From Ignavibacteriota bacterium (GTDB lineage Bacteria; Bacteroidota; Ignavibacteria; UBA10030), in contig OY969585.1 in assembly GCA_963701295.1 (NCBI GenBank), positions 2,848,001 through 2,912,000 on the forward strand: a stretch of DNA of 64,000 nucleotides, in the 5' to 3' direction. The position numbers were made by a program, and so were the translations under genes. Position 1 is the first letter of the stretch; the number at the start of each line of letters is the position of its first letter. Positions 51,982 through 63,026 of this stretch are shown in pieces. The notes beneath the pieces were generated by a model. The model made no database searches and had not been told where the DNA came from. It saw only the letters and a program-made list of their open reading frames with translations.

Positions 51982-52420
51982 AAATTTTATTATATTATTA
52001 TTTTTAATAAATAGAAATCTATTATATACACTGATTGAAAAATAAATCCTATTCTGTTTAAGGTTATTAGATAGAGCGTAAATTTATCTTCTTGTTTAAT
52101 AAAATAGACCACCGTAATTGTGAGGATGACCGCTGCAATTCACGCCCACAATTTCATGTAAAATTTATTTCTTAAGAGTTCATAGCGATTTTCTGGATCC
52201 TTAACAAAATTGCGCCCAACAATGCTATCCAAACCCAATGTCGTAAGCACACCAAAAAGACCTGCAAATGCAATAACATGATTTCGAAGCCGTGTTGCTC
52301 CGGCCCAAGATAACTTGCAACCCATATTCCAACTACAAGTCCTACTCCCATTCTTAAGACTTTATCAAAAGACAACCAGCCAATATTATGGACAATATTT
52401 TGCAACTTATCCGATTGCAT
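51982..52420 (-). pseudogene. Truncated, frameshifted Wzx/RfbX flippase
   Basis: NIGWLSFDKVLRMGVGLVVGIWVASYLGPEQ, then shifted frame IAFAGLFGVLTTLGLDSIV. Only the N-terminus precedes IS copy 2. Confidence 0.8.
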
Positions 52421-52446
52421 GTATCTCTCTTCTGAGATCATCTTGC

Positions 52447-53292
52447 TCAATTGTCTTTCAATTCTTCCATACTTGAGGTACTCTTGAGGATTGGGGTTAC
52501 TTTCACTTGCCGAATCCGACGTGCGCTCTTCGAGATTATTGCAAAGATGAAATTCTCTGCTCGGATCTCTTCATTGAATTCTGGCAGTCGTCCTGTGATT
52601 GTCTGTAAATATCCGGCTACTGTTTCATACTCCGGTGCCTCCGGCAGCTTCAAACGAAACTGCTGATTAAAGTCTGCAATGGATAACGCAGCATCTACAA
52701 TAACCGACCCATCTCCAGCTTGTTCTACTGATTTGCGCACTTCGTCATATTCATCAAAGATGTCTCCGACAATTTCTTCGATGATATCCTCCATGGTAAC
52801 GATGCCTTCTGTTCCGCCATACTCGTCTACTACAGTACCGATATGAACTTTGTATTGCTGGAATTCATGCAAGAGCTGGCTAATCTTTTTTGATTCTGGA
52901 ACGAAGTGCGCAGGCCGGATAATATCCTGGAGAATAATAAGCGAGCGATGCTCTAAAAGACTGAGCAAATCTTTGCTGTAAATAACACCAATGATATGGT
53001 CAATAGTACCTTTGTAGACAGGTAATCGTGAGTACCCTTCTTCAATCACTTTTCGTACTAAAACATCCCGAGACATAGAAATGTCAAGAGCAACAATATC
53101 AGGACGCGGCACCATGATTTCCTTTGCTGTTATATCGGAAAACTGTAAAATACTCTTTATGAGTTCAAGTTCCGTTTTATCAATTGCCCCGCTGAGAGAA
53201 CCGGCATCAATAACCTGCTTGAGCTCGTCTTCCGATAGTTTCGCTCTCAGCAATCCTCCTTTGATCAGTGCATCTCTCAATATGGTTTTCAT
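52447..53292 (-). CDS. CorC/HlyC-family CBS-domain protein (no N-terminal TM domain)
   Basis: EIMVPRPDI, GYSRLPVY, FVPESK, VVDEYGGTEGIVTMEDIIEEIVGDI, YETVAG. Confidence 0.9.
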   Translation of the reverse strand: MKTILRDALIKGGLLRAKLSEDELKQVIDAGSLSGAIDKTELELIKSILQFSDITAKEIMVPRPDIVALDISMSRDVLVRKVIEEGYSRLPVYKGTIDHIIGVIYSKDLLSLLEHRSLIILQDIIRPAHFVPESKKISQLLHEFQQYKVHIGTVVDEYGGTEGIVTMEDIIEEIVGDIFDEYDEVRKSVEQAGDGSVIVDAALSIADFNQQFRLKLPEAPEYETVAGYLQTITGRLPEFNEEIRAENFIFAIISKSARRIRQVKVTPILKSTSSMEELKDN

Positions 53293-53462
53293 TGATCTCA
53301 TATCTTCATCCACTGCAGCACGTACTTCATTGCTACATTTTTAATATGTATCGCTTTCATGATACTCTTAGTGCAATGGCCCTCTACATTGCTGTGACTG
53401 CTTCGCATAAACACCTTGATGAGCCAAGGTCTGAACATCTTCAATATATTCGAATCTTGATT

Positions 53463-54192
53463 TTAGTACCGATATTTCTTCTAAAAACAATCCTTTTGCA
53501 GGAGCAGACATTCCGGCAATAGACCTCTCATTTGATTCTAGTATTTTATAAAATTCTTCATATTTCATATGCCCTCTTCCTACATTTACCATCGTTCCAA
53601 CTAATGTACGAACCATTCCATGCAAAAAGCGATTTGCAGAAATTTCATAGATCAATAATTTTTCTTTCTGAATCCATTGTGATGTCAATACACTGCATCG
53701 ATGATTGTGAATATCAGTTTCCACTTTACAGAATGAACGAAAACTATGCGTGCCCATTACTTGTTGAGCACAGTTTTGCATCGACGAAAGATTTAACTTT
53801 TGGAACACCTGCCAGCAATAATTGCGTTGAATTGCCGTCGGTTCTTGACTAATCGAATATGTGTACCGTCTGCTTTTTGCGCCGTATTGAGCATTGAAGT
53901 CTAATGGGGCATTCATCGCTTCGAGAACAATAATGCTATGGGGCATAACCGCATTCAGACTTTTTGCAAGTAGATTGATTTCAACATCTCGCTCCACAAA
54001 GAAGCTTGCCACCTGACCACGAGCATGTACCCCGGCATCTGTTCTCCCCCCGCCGGTAATTCGAATATCTAGCTGAAGTATTTGTTTGATTGCTTTTTCA
54101 ACTTCTTCTTGAACAGAACGTCCATTGGTTTGAAATTGCCAGCCAACGAAGTCGGTACCATCATATTCAAGCGTAAGCCGGATGAGAGGCAT
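53463..54192 (-). CDS. truA: tRNA pseudouridine(38-40) synthase (extra G at ~53469 extends the ORF to 53368)
   Basis: YDGTDFVGWQ, GRTDAGVHA, RFLHGMVR, APAKGLFL. Removing one G gives a normal end EEISY* at 53463. Confidence 0.95.
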
Positions 54193-54201
54193 GAGGGTGT
54201 T

Positions 54202-54942
54202 TTAAAAATGTGCGGTGATACTTATTCCCCATCCATTAACTTGCAATCCATTGTTCAACGTGTACGTATGAATTTCTATATTGTCCATCGACGAAAGAGA
54301 TTGATTATATGATGCTGTTTTCTTTCCAGCAGAAAAAGCAGAAAGAAGATGATTCACAACAATAGCTCCTATGACAAATTTCGCATTGTTTTTCACCTCG
54401 CCGCTTTGAATACGCATATTTTTGAATTGAAGGCGATCTGCATCTGTATCCCAATTCCATTGATATTCAGGACGTGTAGGTTGGTACATCAGATCATACT
54501 CACGGTTTCTGCTCTTTGTATCGTTGTATTCTGCAGTTGTATTGAAGTTGCCGATGTTTACCGAATACTGGTCGTCCTTGTTGCTAAAGTTTGCACCTGC
54601 ATGTTGGCTAGCAAACGTTTGTGCATCTTGCAGCAGCCAATTGGAATGCATACGAAATCCACCGTACGTAAGCCATAAGCCGCCTTCAGCGATCAAATAA
54701 TACTTCCCTGTTTCAAATGAACCTGCATACAATTCTCCCATGCCCGGTACGAGAAGCGATGCAACAACTGCCAGCATAACTGACTTCTTGGATTCAGGCA
54801 CAGGCGACACGTCTTGATCCGGAATGGACATTCCTCGGAGTTGAACTTCCTTTGTTACTAAAGCCGACATTGGTCTTTGTTGCGCAAACATCTGCTGTGT
54901 CAGAAAAAGGAGTAATGCTATCGAAATAATAGATCGTTTCAT
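54202..54942 (-). CDS. Exported/membrane hypothetical protein
   Basis: Signal peptide MKRSIISIALLL; KKSVMLAVVASLLVPGMGELYAG motif. Confidence 0.7.
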   Translation of the reverse strand: MKRSIISIALLLFLTQQMFAQQRPMSALVTKEVQLRGMSIPDQDVSPVPESKKSVMLAVVASLLVPGMGELYAGSFETGKYYLIAEGGLWLTYGGFRMHSNWLLQDAQTFASQHAGANFSNKDDQYSVNIGNFNTTAEYNDTKSRNREYDLMYQPTRPEYQWNWDTDADRLQFKNMRIQSGEVKNNAKFVIGAIVVNHLLSAFSAGKKTASYNQSLSSMDNIEIHTYTLNNGLQVNGWGISITAHF

Positions 54943-54955
54943 AGTGCAGCTCCAG

Positions 54956-56281
54956 TTAAATGGCAATGCGTATTGTTGGTATTCTCGTAGGTTCTGCGAT
55001 CGTTCCAATACATTTTTCAGAAAATGCTTCTTTGATCGTAACGTTGGCAATAGTATTTGTTAAATCTGCATTCGCTTTCACATCGACACGAACATATTCT
55101 TCCGTCAATCCAGATACCATACCATCAGGATGCGTTGATTCAAAAAGAACCGGTACAGTTCTACCAACAAACGTCTCATAGAACATGTATCGCTTTTGAA
55201 TTCCCAACTGACGCAATTTCTTACTTCTCTTCGCTTTGATCTGAGAATCAACCTTATTATCAAATGCTGCCGACGGTGTATTTGGCCGTACAGAATAACT
55301 AAATATATGAAAATATGAAATCGGAATGCTGTTCAGAAAATTGTAAGTTTCATTAAATAATACATCACTCTCACCAGGAAATCCGACTATCACATCTGAG
55401 CCTATGCCTGCGGTCGGAATATTCGATTTAATTCTTTCTACACGCTCAGCATAGACTTCAGTGATATATCTTCTCTGCATTTTTCGAAGTACACTATTAG
55501 ATCCTGATTGAAGCGGTATATGCCAGTGGCGACAAAGAATATCATGGGCAAACCAAAAATCAAGCAGCTCGTCGGTAAGCAAATTGGGTTCAACCGAACT
55601 AATTCGAATACGCATTAAGCCATCAACCGTGACGAGACGTTTGAGAAGAGCCAGAAGGTTCGTGCCATCATTTTTCCCATAGTCTCCTACATTCACACCA
55701 GTCAACACTATTTCTTTATATCCTAATCCAACTGCTTCTCTTGCCTGTTGTACTATTTCGACAATAGTTGTACTTCGGCTTTTTCCTCGCGCCTGGGGAA
55801 TAGTGCAATAGGAACAATGATAATCACAGCCGTCTTGCACTTTCAGAAAAGCACGCGTTCGATCCTCAAACCCTGCAGACGATGCCAGCCCGAAGTCGTT
55901 GTTATCTATACAAGAAACAACAACGTTTGCATGGTTCTTCTTTTTCTCGGTGTCGATAATATCAAGAAGAGAGAATTTATCCTGTGTTCCAAGTACCAAA
56001 TCAACGCCATTGATTCCGGCTATTTGCTCAGATTGAAGCTGTGCATAGCAGCCAACGACCGCCACAAATGCATCTGGGGAATGCCGAATAGCTCTTCGTA
56101 CTAATTGCCGGCATTCGCGATCAGCATTCGAGGTGACAGTACATGAATTGATTACCACTACATCTGCCGGGTCGTCAATGCCAACCACAGTGTAGCCCTG
56201 AGCAGTGAATTTCTTTCCGATCGCTGCAGTTTCAGCGTAATTGAGTTTACAACCAAGAGTATGTATTGCAATACGCTTCAT
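54956..56281 (-). CDS. mtaB: tRNA t6A37 methylthiotransferase
   Basis: HTLGCKLNYAE, INSCTVT, GCYAQ, KVQDGCDYHCSYC (radical SAM), ARGKSRS. Confidence 0.93.
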   Translation of the reverse strand: MKRIAIHTLGCKLNYAETAAIGKKFTAQGYTVVGIDDPADVVVINSCTVTSNADRECRQLVRRAIRHSPDAFVAVVGCYAQLQSEQIAGINGVDLVLGTQDKFSLLDIIDTEKKKNHANVVVSCIDNNDFGLASSAGFEDRTRAFLKVQDGCDYHCSYCTIPQARGKSRSTTIVEIVQQAREAVGLGYKEIVLTGVNVGDYGKNDGTNLLALLKRLVTVDGLMRIRISSVEPNLLTDELLDFWFAHDILCRHWHIPLQSGSNSVLRKMQRRYITEVYAERVERIKSNIPTAGIGSDVIVGFPGESDVLFNETYNFLNSIPISYFHIFSYSVRPNTPSAAFDNKVDSQIKAKRSKKLRQLGIQKRYMFYETFVGRTVPVLFESTHPDGMVSGLTEEYVRVDVKANADLTNTIANVTIKEAFSEKCIGTIAEPTRIPTIRIAI

Positions 56282-56282
56282 A

Positions 56283-56322
56283 AAGAAAAAGAGCTGCCCG
56301 AGCAATGTCAGACAACTCTTTT
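56283..56322 (-). terminator. Rho-independent terminator after rpsA
   Basis: GAGTTGTCTGA-CATTGC-TCGGGCAGCTC-TTTTTCTTT. Confidence 0.8.
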
Positions 56323-56339
56323 CATGAATATTTCAGAAA

Positions 56340-58112
56340 TTAGTTTGAACTTTGTGTGCTCTGTTCATTTCCACCTTCTGCGGGTGATTCATTCTTTTTC
56401 TTCTCTTCATCAGAAGGAGCGGAGATGACATCCTTCATCGTCATTGGAGCAAGTTTATGACCAGCAACATAGTCATCTACAAGCTTTTGTTCTTTACCGC
56501 GAAGATATTCAAGAGCGGAGAGAACGATCTTCTTGCTTTCTTTATCAAACTCGATCACTTTTAATGGAAGTGTATCACCGACCTTGAAGGAGTCTGAAAT
56601 ATTCTTGACCGGAGTATGTGAAAGCTGAGAGAGCGGCACAAAGCCATCGACACCGAGAGGCATTTCAACGATGACACCCTTCTCGATGATGCGCACGATG
56701 CTGCCTTCAACGTCAGTATCTACTTTGTATTTAGACTCGAACACTTCCCACGGATTTTCTTGTACTTGCTTATGCCCAAGAGAGATGCGTCGTTGACTAA
56801 TATCAACCGAAAGCACAATGACATCAAGCTGGTCGCCTTTTTTTACAACTTCACCGGGGTGACGAATCTTCTTTGTCCATGATAAATCGGATATGTGCAC
56901 AAGACCATCGACACCTTCTTCAAGCTCAACGAAAACACCGAAATTCGTAAGGTTGCGTACCGTACCGACATGTTTTGAACCGATGGGATATTTCTGCATA
57001 AGTGTAGTCCAAGGATCCGGCTCAAGCTGTTTCATGCCAAGCGAAATCTTCTTGCCGTCTTTATCCAGAGAGAGAATAATTGCATCGGTCATCTGTCCCA
57101 TGGAAACAACTTGTGAAGGGTGTTTGATGTGCTGTGTCCAACTCATTTCAGAAATGTGAATGAGACCTTCGATGCCTTTTTCAATTTCTACAAATGCGCC
57201 ATAATCTGTCAGCGAAACGATTTTCCCATTAATTTTCGTACCGATAGGATACCGCTGATCAATATTCTCCCATGGATGCGGTTGGAGTTGTTTCATACCT
57301 AGCGAAATTCGTTTTTTCTCGGCGTCAAAATCGAGAACGACGATGTTGACCAATTGGTCGAGCTTTACAATCTCTGAAGGATGGTTTACACGCCCCCATG
57401 AAAGATCTGTAATATGCACAAGACCGTCTACACCGCCGAGATCGACGAACACGCCGAAATCCGTAATTGCCTTAACGTGGCCTTCAAGTATCTGACCTTT
57501 TTCAAGACTATCAAGGATAGTTTTACGCTGGCTGGAAAGTTCTTCTTCTACTAACACCTTATGACTGACAACAACATTTTCTGAAGGATGATTAACTTTC
57601 ACAACGCGGAAATCCATCTCGCGTCCGATGAATACATCAAAATCACGAACAGGCCGAACATCGATTTGTGAACCCGGCAGGAATGCATCGAGTCCCATAA
57701 GATCGACAACAATACCGCCTTTCGTCCTGCGCACGCAGCGTCCTTTAAGAACTTCACCGGTATCGTGGGATTTAACGACGCGTTCCCAGACACGCATAAA
57801 GTCGGCACGTTTACGCGAGAGTACGAGTTGGCCATCTTTGTCTTCAATGCTTTCGAGGAAAACTTCGATTTCATCGCCAATTTTTAAGTCTTTAATGTTC
57901 GGGAATTCGCTTTTCGCAACCGTGCCTTCTGACTTGAAACCGATATCAACGGCAACATTCGAATCGCCGATATGTACAATACGTCCTTTAACGATTTCAC
58001 CGGCATTGATTTTGCCCATCGTACCGGAATAAAGTTGTTCAAGTTGTTTGTACTCTTCTTCAGAATACCCGTGCTCCTCAAACTCCTGCACGGCATCTTT
58101 TGTAACTGACAT
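56340..58112 (-). CDS. rpsA: 30S ribosomal protein S1
   Basis: [18 protein letters not shown], repeated [22 protein letters not shown]1 domains; GGAGG SD. Confidence 0.98.
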   Translation of the reverse strand: MSVTKDAVQEFEEHGYSEEEYKQLEQLYSGTMGKINAGEIVKGRIVHIGDSNVAVDIGFKSEGTVAKSEFPNIKDLKIGDEIEVFLESIEDKDGQLVLSRKRADFMRVWERVVKSHDTGEVLKGRCVRRTKGGIVVDLMGLDAFLPGSQIDVRPVRDFDVFIGREMDFRVVKVNHPSENVVVSHKVLVEEELSSQRKTILDSLEKGQILEGHVKAITDFGVFVDLGGVDGLVHITDLSWGRVNHPSEIVKLDQLVNIVVLDFDAEKKRISLGMKQLQPHPWENIDQRYPIGTKINGKIVSLTDYGAFVEIEKGIEGLIHISEMSWTQHIKHPSQVVSMGQMTDAIILSLDKDGKKISLGMKQLEPDPWTTLMQKYPIGSKHVGTVRNLTNFGVFVELEEGVDGLVHISDLSWTKKIRHPGEVVKKGDQLDVIVLSVDISQRRISLGHKQVQENPWEVFESKYKVDTDVEGSIVRIIEKGVIVEMPLGVDGFVPLSQLSHTPVKNISDSFKVGDTLPLKVIEFDKESKKIVLSALEYLRGKEQKLVDDYVAGHKLAPMTMKDVISAPSDEEKKKNESPAEGGNEQSTQSSN

Positions 58113-58214
58113 TCAACCTCCAAAACTGCTTCCCGTATTCACGGGGACGGCCCAATGAAATGTTCTCCGCTGCCAGCCAACGCACACCGGCGAACAAAAC
58201 ACTTCGGCTATTGA

Positions 58215-59144
58215 TTAGTGGGTGATGAGTTCTTGAATTATTTTTGGCTGTGAAACACTTTGTTTGTCTTTTTTCATATCCTCAATTCTTGCTTTCACCT
58301 GCTCCATCAACCATTGCGGTGTCGATGTCGCTCCGGTGATTCCAACAGTTTCCATTCCCTCAAACCATTCTGTATGAAGTTCTTGCACATCTTCGATGAA
58401 ACGAATATTCGGATTCACCGACTTCACGATGTCATACAATACTTTTCCATTTGAACTGTGCTTCCCGGCGACAAAGATAATGAGCTCATTCGCGGCAGCA
58501 AATTCGCGAATCTTCTTCTCGCGTCCGGATACCTGACCACAAATAGTATCTTTCGCATGAAACTCAATTGCTGTTTCTTCAATGGAACCAACAACGAATT
58601 CTTTAATTCGTTTTGATAATTCATCCTTGAGCGCATGGAATGTCGCTTTGTCCATTGTCGTTTGTGAAAACAGAACCGTTTTCCGATCCAGTTTCACTTT
58701 CCCCACTTCATCTAACGACTTGATGACAAGCGCTTCACCGTTTGTTTGGCCTACAAGACCAATAATCTCGGCATGTTCCTTCTTGCCAAAAATCACAATC
58801 TGATACCCTTCAACGTAAAATTTTCGGATACGTTCCTGCACTTTCGTGACGACAGGACACGTGGCATCGACAAGTGTGATTCCAAGTTCCTTTGCACGTT
58901 TATATGTATCAGGCGGTTCTCCGTGCGCGCGAATAAGGATTCTCGCACCTCGAAGTTTTTCCAAATCACTATGAGAGATCGTTTCAAGACCTTTCTTTCG
59001 GAGACGCTCGATCTCCACAGGATTATGAATGATGTCTCCCAGTGAATACAGCCTCTCACCCGCGGCAATTTCCTTTTCCGCAATATCTATTGTTCGAACA
59101 ACTCCCCAACAGAATCCCGAGAAATTATCGATGGATACTTTCAT
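58215..59144 (-). CDS. ispH: 4-hydroxy-3-methylbut-2-enyl diphosphate reductase
   Basis: GFCWGV, IIHN, RAHG, DATCP, SQTT, DTIC, SSN, GATSTP. Confidence 0.96.
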   Translation of the reverse strand: MKVSIDNFSGFCWGVVRTIDIAEKEIAAGERLYSLGDIIHNPVEIERLRKKGLETISHSDLEKLRGARILIRAHGEPPDTYKRAKELGITLVDATCPVVTKVQERIRKFYVEGYQIVIFGKKEHAEIIGLVGQTNGEALVIKSLDEVGKVKLDRKTVLFSQTTMDKATFHALKDELSKRIKEFVVGSIEETAIEFHAKDTICGQVSGREKKIREFAAANELIIFVAGKHSSNGKVLYDIVKSVNPNIRFIEDVQELHTEWFEGMETVGITGATSTPQWLMEQVKARIEDMKKDKQSVSQPKIIQELITH

Positions 59145-59845
59145 ACGAGTGTTTCTTTTGCATGGATCATTTGCTCTGCCCGCGCTACTATGAAATCGAC
59201 TTGTTCCTCAATGGTCAAGTTGGAAGTATCGAGTTCAATTGCATCCGCTGCTTTCCGGAGTGGACTTATGTCACGTGTCGAATCTTTCCGATCACGCGCT
59301 TCAATTTCTTTGATCAATTCTTTTTCTTCCGCTTCAATTCCACACAAGGTGAGATCTTTCTTTCTTCGCTTCACTCGCTCTTGAACACTGGCAATCATGA
59401 AAATCTTTAACTCCGCTGATGGAAGAACAACCGTGCCTATATCCCGGCCTTCCAAGACTACGCCGCCCTGGACAGCGATCCTTTGCTGTTCCTGTACCAT
59501 CACTTCGCGAACACCTTGATAACTGCTCACAGTACTAACGGATCGGTTCACCTGAGGCGTTCTAATTTTATCCGTAATATCGGTGCCATCCAAGAACACC
59601 TTCGTGGTTGGATTTCCTCCTTCCAATCGAATGGTGCTTGTTTGTGCCAGTGAAACAATTTTTTCATTGTCGCTCACATCGAGCTTTTTTTCAAGTGCTT
59701 TCAGCGTCAATGCGCGATACATTGCACCTGTATCAATATGAAGATACCCTAATTTTTGAGCCACCAATTTTGCTGTTGTACTCTTACCGGATGCTGCAGG
59801 TCCATCGATGGCAATGGTTATCTTCTTTTGCTCTTTTCTTTGCAT
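59141..59845 (-). CDS. cmk: Cytidylate kinase
   Basis: IAIDGPAASGKST, DTGAMYRA, EGRDIGTVV, RDRKD..R.ISPL. Confidence 0.97.
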   Translation of the reverse strand: MQRKEQKKITIAIDGPAASGKSTTAKLVAQKLGYLHIDTGAMYRALTLKALEKKLDVSDNEKIVSLAQTSTIRLEGGNPTTKVFLDGTDITDKIRTPQVNRSVSTVSSYQGVREVMVQEQQRIAVQGGVVLEGRDIGTVVLPSAELKIFMIASVQERVKRRKKDLTLCGIEAEEKELIKEIEARDRKDSTRDISPLRKAADAIELDTSNLTIEEQVDFIVARAEQMIHAKETLV

Positions 59846-59968
59846 TATGAACTTATAATATAAGAAATTAAACACTTTGGAGCAATGAAGAATTCCCAGG
59901 TTCTTGCATTTTTAACCTTTTAAGAGGACATTCACACTGATCCTAATCTATAAAAAACAAATATATTT

Positions 59969-61420
59969 ATGAAACTGCATTATATCATCCTTTTCCTTTC
60001 ATTAACGCTGTTAGGTTGCGGAGCGACACGCACTGTTATAGTGCCACGCGATCCGTTGGCACAATTAAGGAAAAACATTAATTCTATTCTCACAGACTCA
60101 CTCTTCGTTCCTGCTCGTGCTAGCGTCAAAGTTGTATCGCTTGAAAATGGAAATGTTCTCTATGATCATGACAGCAAAGCGCTGATGAATCCTGGATCAA
60201 ACATGAAGCTGCTCACTTCCGCCGCCGCTTTGTCGATATTAGATACGAATTATCAATTTAAGACGATAGTGTTCGTTGATGCTTCTCCACCTGTTGGTAT
60301 TCTTACCGGCAACATCTATTTGAAAGGATATGGAGATCCGGATTTGAAGACGTCAGACTTAGACTCTCTGGCAAATGCAGTTCGGCAAATGGGAATCACG
60401 AGTATCGAAGGTGATATCATTGTTGATGATTCATTTTTCGATGACAACTATTGGGGTGCCGGCTGGACTTGGGATGATGAATCTGATCCGGATGCGCCAT
60501 ACATCAATGCACTTTCTGTGAATAAGAACTGTATCAGCATCACATTGTTAACCGATTCAACCACAATGTATCCCTATCTTGAACCGATGACAGATTTTGT
60601 CACAGTTATCAATAGAGCGAAATTAACAAATGACAGCATTCACACTCCTCTAAAAATCAAACGCCTTTATCTGAACAATCCTAATACCATTATCATAGAA
60701 GGTGAACTTTCTTGCTTTAGTCAGTTTACTCAAAAGTTCTCTCTCCGCCGTCCTGAGTATTATACAGGAACACTTTTTAAAGAATCACTTCGGCATGCAG
60801 GAATTCTTGTACATGGGAATGTTGTGAATGGTGTGACTCCGATCGGAGTCCGTGAAATTGCACAGCATGACCAACCAATAGAAAAAATGGTCACAAATAT
60901 GAATAAAGTGAGTGATAATCTATCGGCTGAAAATGTACTCAAGATATTAGGCGCTACCATAAACGGCATCCCGGGCTCTACGAAAAGTGGAATATTCGCC
61001 GTAAAACACTTCCTTGCTAATATGGGAATTGACACATTGAAACTTTTTATTGCCGATGGATCGGGTGTGTCTCGGTATAATCTTCTATCTGCCGATCAAC
61101 TTGTACAATTTCTGACAGTGATGTACAAACAGCCGCGAATATTCCCGATCTTTTACAACTCTTTACCACTTGCCGGTGTTGACGGAACTCTCGCACGAAG
61201 GATGACTCAGTATCCTGCCGCTTGTAATCTACGTGCGAAAACCGGGAATCTAAATGGTGTGAGCTGTTTATCTGGATATGTTCTAACACGCGATGGCGAG
61301 ATGCTGGTGTTTTCTATCATGATGCAGAATTTTATTACACCAGCTGCCAATTATCATCAAGTGCAGGATAGAATCGGCACTTTATTGGCCGGATTTAGTC
61401 GAAGAAACACAATTCAATAA
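59969..61420 (+). CDS. dacB: D-Ala-D-Ala carboxypeptidase/endopeptidase PBP4 (S13), lipoprotein
   Basis: Lipobox LLGC; SNMK (SxxK), SDN (SxN), KTG; GDP, DGSGVSR. Confidence 0.93.
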   Translation: MKLHYIILFLSLTLLGCGATRTVIVPRDPLAQLRKNINSILTDSLFVPARASVKVVSLENGNVLYDHDSKALMNPGSNMKLLTSAAALSILDTNYQFKTIVFVDASPPVGILTGNIYLKGYGDPDLKTSDLDSLANAVRQMGITSIEGDIIVDDSFFDDNYWGAGWTWDDESDPDAPYINALSVNKNCISITLLTDSTTMYPYLEPMTDFVTVINRAKLTNDSIHTPLKIKRLYLNNPNTIIIEGELSCFSQFTQKFSLRRPEYYTGTLFKESLRHAGILVHGNVVNGVTPIGVREIAQHDQPIEKMVTNMNKVSDNLSAENVLKILGATINGIPGSTKSGIFAVKHFLANMGIDTLKLFIADGSGVSRYNLLSADQLVQFLTVMYKQPRIFPIFYNSLPLAGVDGTLARRMTQYPAACNLRAKTGNLNGVSCLSGYVLTRDGEMLVFSIMMQNFITPAANYHQVQDRIGTLLAGFSRRNTIQ

Positions 61421-61485
61421 CGTTCAGTAAAATAAGTACATTTTATTATCTTCACATTCTTCCACTTCTATGAGTGAGATACTTT

Positions 61486-62163
61486 ATGAACAATACACAA
61501 ACATCTTCCTTTGGGTTGTACGAAGCTACCCGTATTCTTGTACCCGGTTTTTACTTTGCATCTCTCTCTGCGATGTTTTTCTATTCTTTTCTGTCACGCT
61601 ATATTTCGTTTCCTCTTGAGCACGGATATTGGACTATACTGTTTTTATTTCTTGTGCTTGTCTCCGGATTGACTATGTATGCAAAAGAAACAACAAAGCG
61701 CAGGCGAGCATTTGCCGAGAACCAGCCAAGTGCATTCCTTCAAGATATCGTCCGTCGCCATCCTACTACGAATATCCTGAATGAAGCGGAAGCTCGACAG
61801 TTATACTTTTACATTCTCAATCATTTTATTCCATCTGCATTTCATGAAAAAGTGTTCTTCTTTGGCACAGTATATCATATTATGATTCAAATACGCCGTA
61901 CTTCTTTTTGGTTTGCCATCATGTCCATCGTATGTCTTGCTGTACAAATAGCCCTGGGCATAGCCCTTGTGGATCAGCAAGGATTGATCTTTTTTTGCCT
62001 TCTTGTTTGTTTGATTTATCTTTTGAATGTCAAATACAATAAAGCAGACAGGAAAATGCAGGAAAATTATCAAGATCAAATATTCTGGCTACAAATGAAT
62101 GGTGAAATCGTCGAGGATCTCATCCGGAAGTACGATCTTTCGAAAAAAGGTACACTCTCATGA
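61486..62163 (+). CDS. Hypothetical integral membrane protein (~4 TM)
   Basis: Long ORF with hydrophobic segments, ATGA-coupled to prmA. Confidence 0.75.
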   Translation: MNNTQTSSFGLYEATRILVPGFYFASLSAMFFYSFLSRYISFPLEHGYWTILFLFLVLVSGLTMYAKETTKRRRAFAENQPSAFLQDIVRRHPTTNILNEAEARQLYFYILNHFIPSAFHEKVFFFGTVYHIMIQIRRTSFWFAIMSIVCLAVQIALGIALVDQQGLIFFCLLVCLIYLLNVKYNKADRKMQENYQDQIFWLQMNGEIVEDLIRKYDLSKKGTLS

Positions 62164-63026
62164 CATTACGCAAGTGGTGTCAGATATGCGTTCGAATAGA
62201 TGAGCCCTATCAGGACTTACTTGTCGGCCAGTTGACATCAATTGGTTTTAACGGTTTCGTTCAAGAAGAGAAATCCCTCGGTTGTTTTATCTCAGCAAAT
62301 AAATGGACTTCCACGAGACGTGCAAAATTTCAGACAATGCTGGAGCGGTTTAAGTTTGAGTTTCCCGTTGTTGATCTATCCTTTACAGTCAAATCACTGC
62401 GCGAAAAGAATTGGAATAAAACATGGGAAAAACAGACCGGAATTGTTGAAGCAACACCGCAAATAATCATCAAACCATCTTGGAAGAAATTACCAAAACA
62501 TCATCGCAACAAAATAGTTCTCCACGTCGATCCAAAGATGTCGTTTGGCACAGGGCATCATGAAACAACTCGGTTAAGCCTCAGCCTGCTTGAACGGTTT
62601 TTACAACCGGATATGAAAGTTCTTGATTTCGGCTGTGGAACCGGTGTTCTCGGTATTGCTTGTGTAAAGTTAGGCGCAAAATCCGTCATGGCAGTTGATA
62701 ACGATCCGTGGGCAATCGAAAACACGCGAGAGAATATCAAGAGAAACAACGTTCAGCGCCAAATGAAAGTCCGGTTGGGAAGCGTGAGCGTACTTCCACA
62801 TTCAAAATATGATCTCATCGTAGCGAATATTGATTTTCGTACGATTTCTCGATTCATAAAATCGCTTGTTAACCGAACTCGTAAGGAAAGCACAATCATT
62901 CTTTCGGGTATTCTCACAAGCGATATGCCTGCTTTACTTCCTTTGTTTGAAAAGAATCTGCTTGTCCCATTTAAACATGACAGTGAAAACGAATGGGCAG
63001 CAGTTGCGCTTCGCAGAATCCTATGA
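62160..63026 (+). CDS. prmA: Ribosomal protein L11 methyltransferase
   Basis: NWNKTW, IKPSW, DPKMSFGTGHHETT, VLDFGCGTGVL, DND, IVANI, LSGIL. Confidence 0.95.
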   Translation: MTLRKWCQICVRIDEPYQDLLVGQLTSIGFNGFVQEEKSLGCFISANKWTSTRRAKFQTMLERFKFEFPVVDLSFTVKSLREKNWNKTWEKQTGIVEATPQIIIKPSWKKLPKHHRNKIVLHVDPKMSFGTGHHETTRLSLSLLERFLQPDMKVLDFGCGTGVLGIACVKLGAKSVMAVDNDPWAIENTRENIKRNNVQRQMKVRLGSVSVLPHSKYDLIVANIDFRTISRFIKSLVNRTRKESTIILSGILTSDMPALLPLFEKNLLVPFKHDSENEWAAVALRRIL

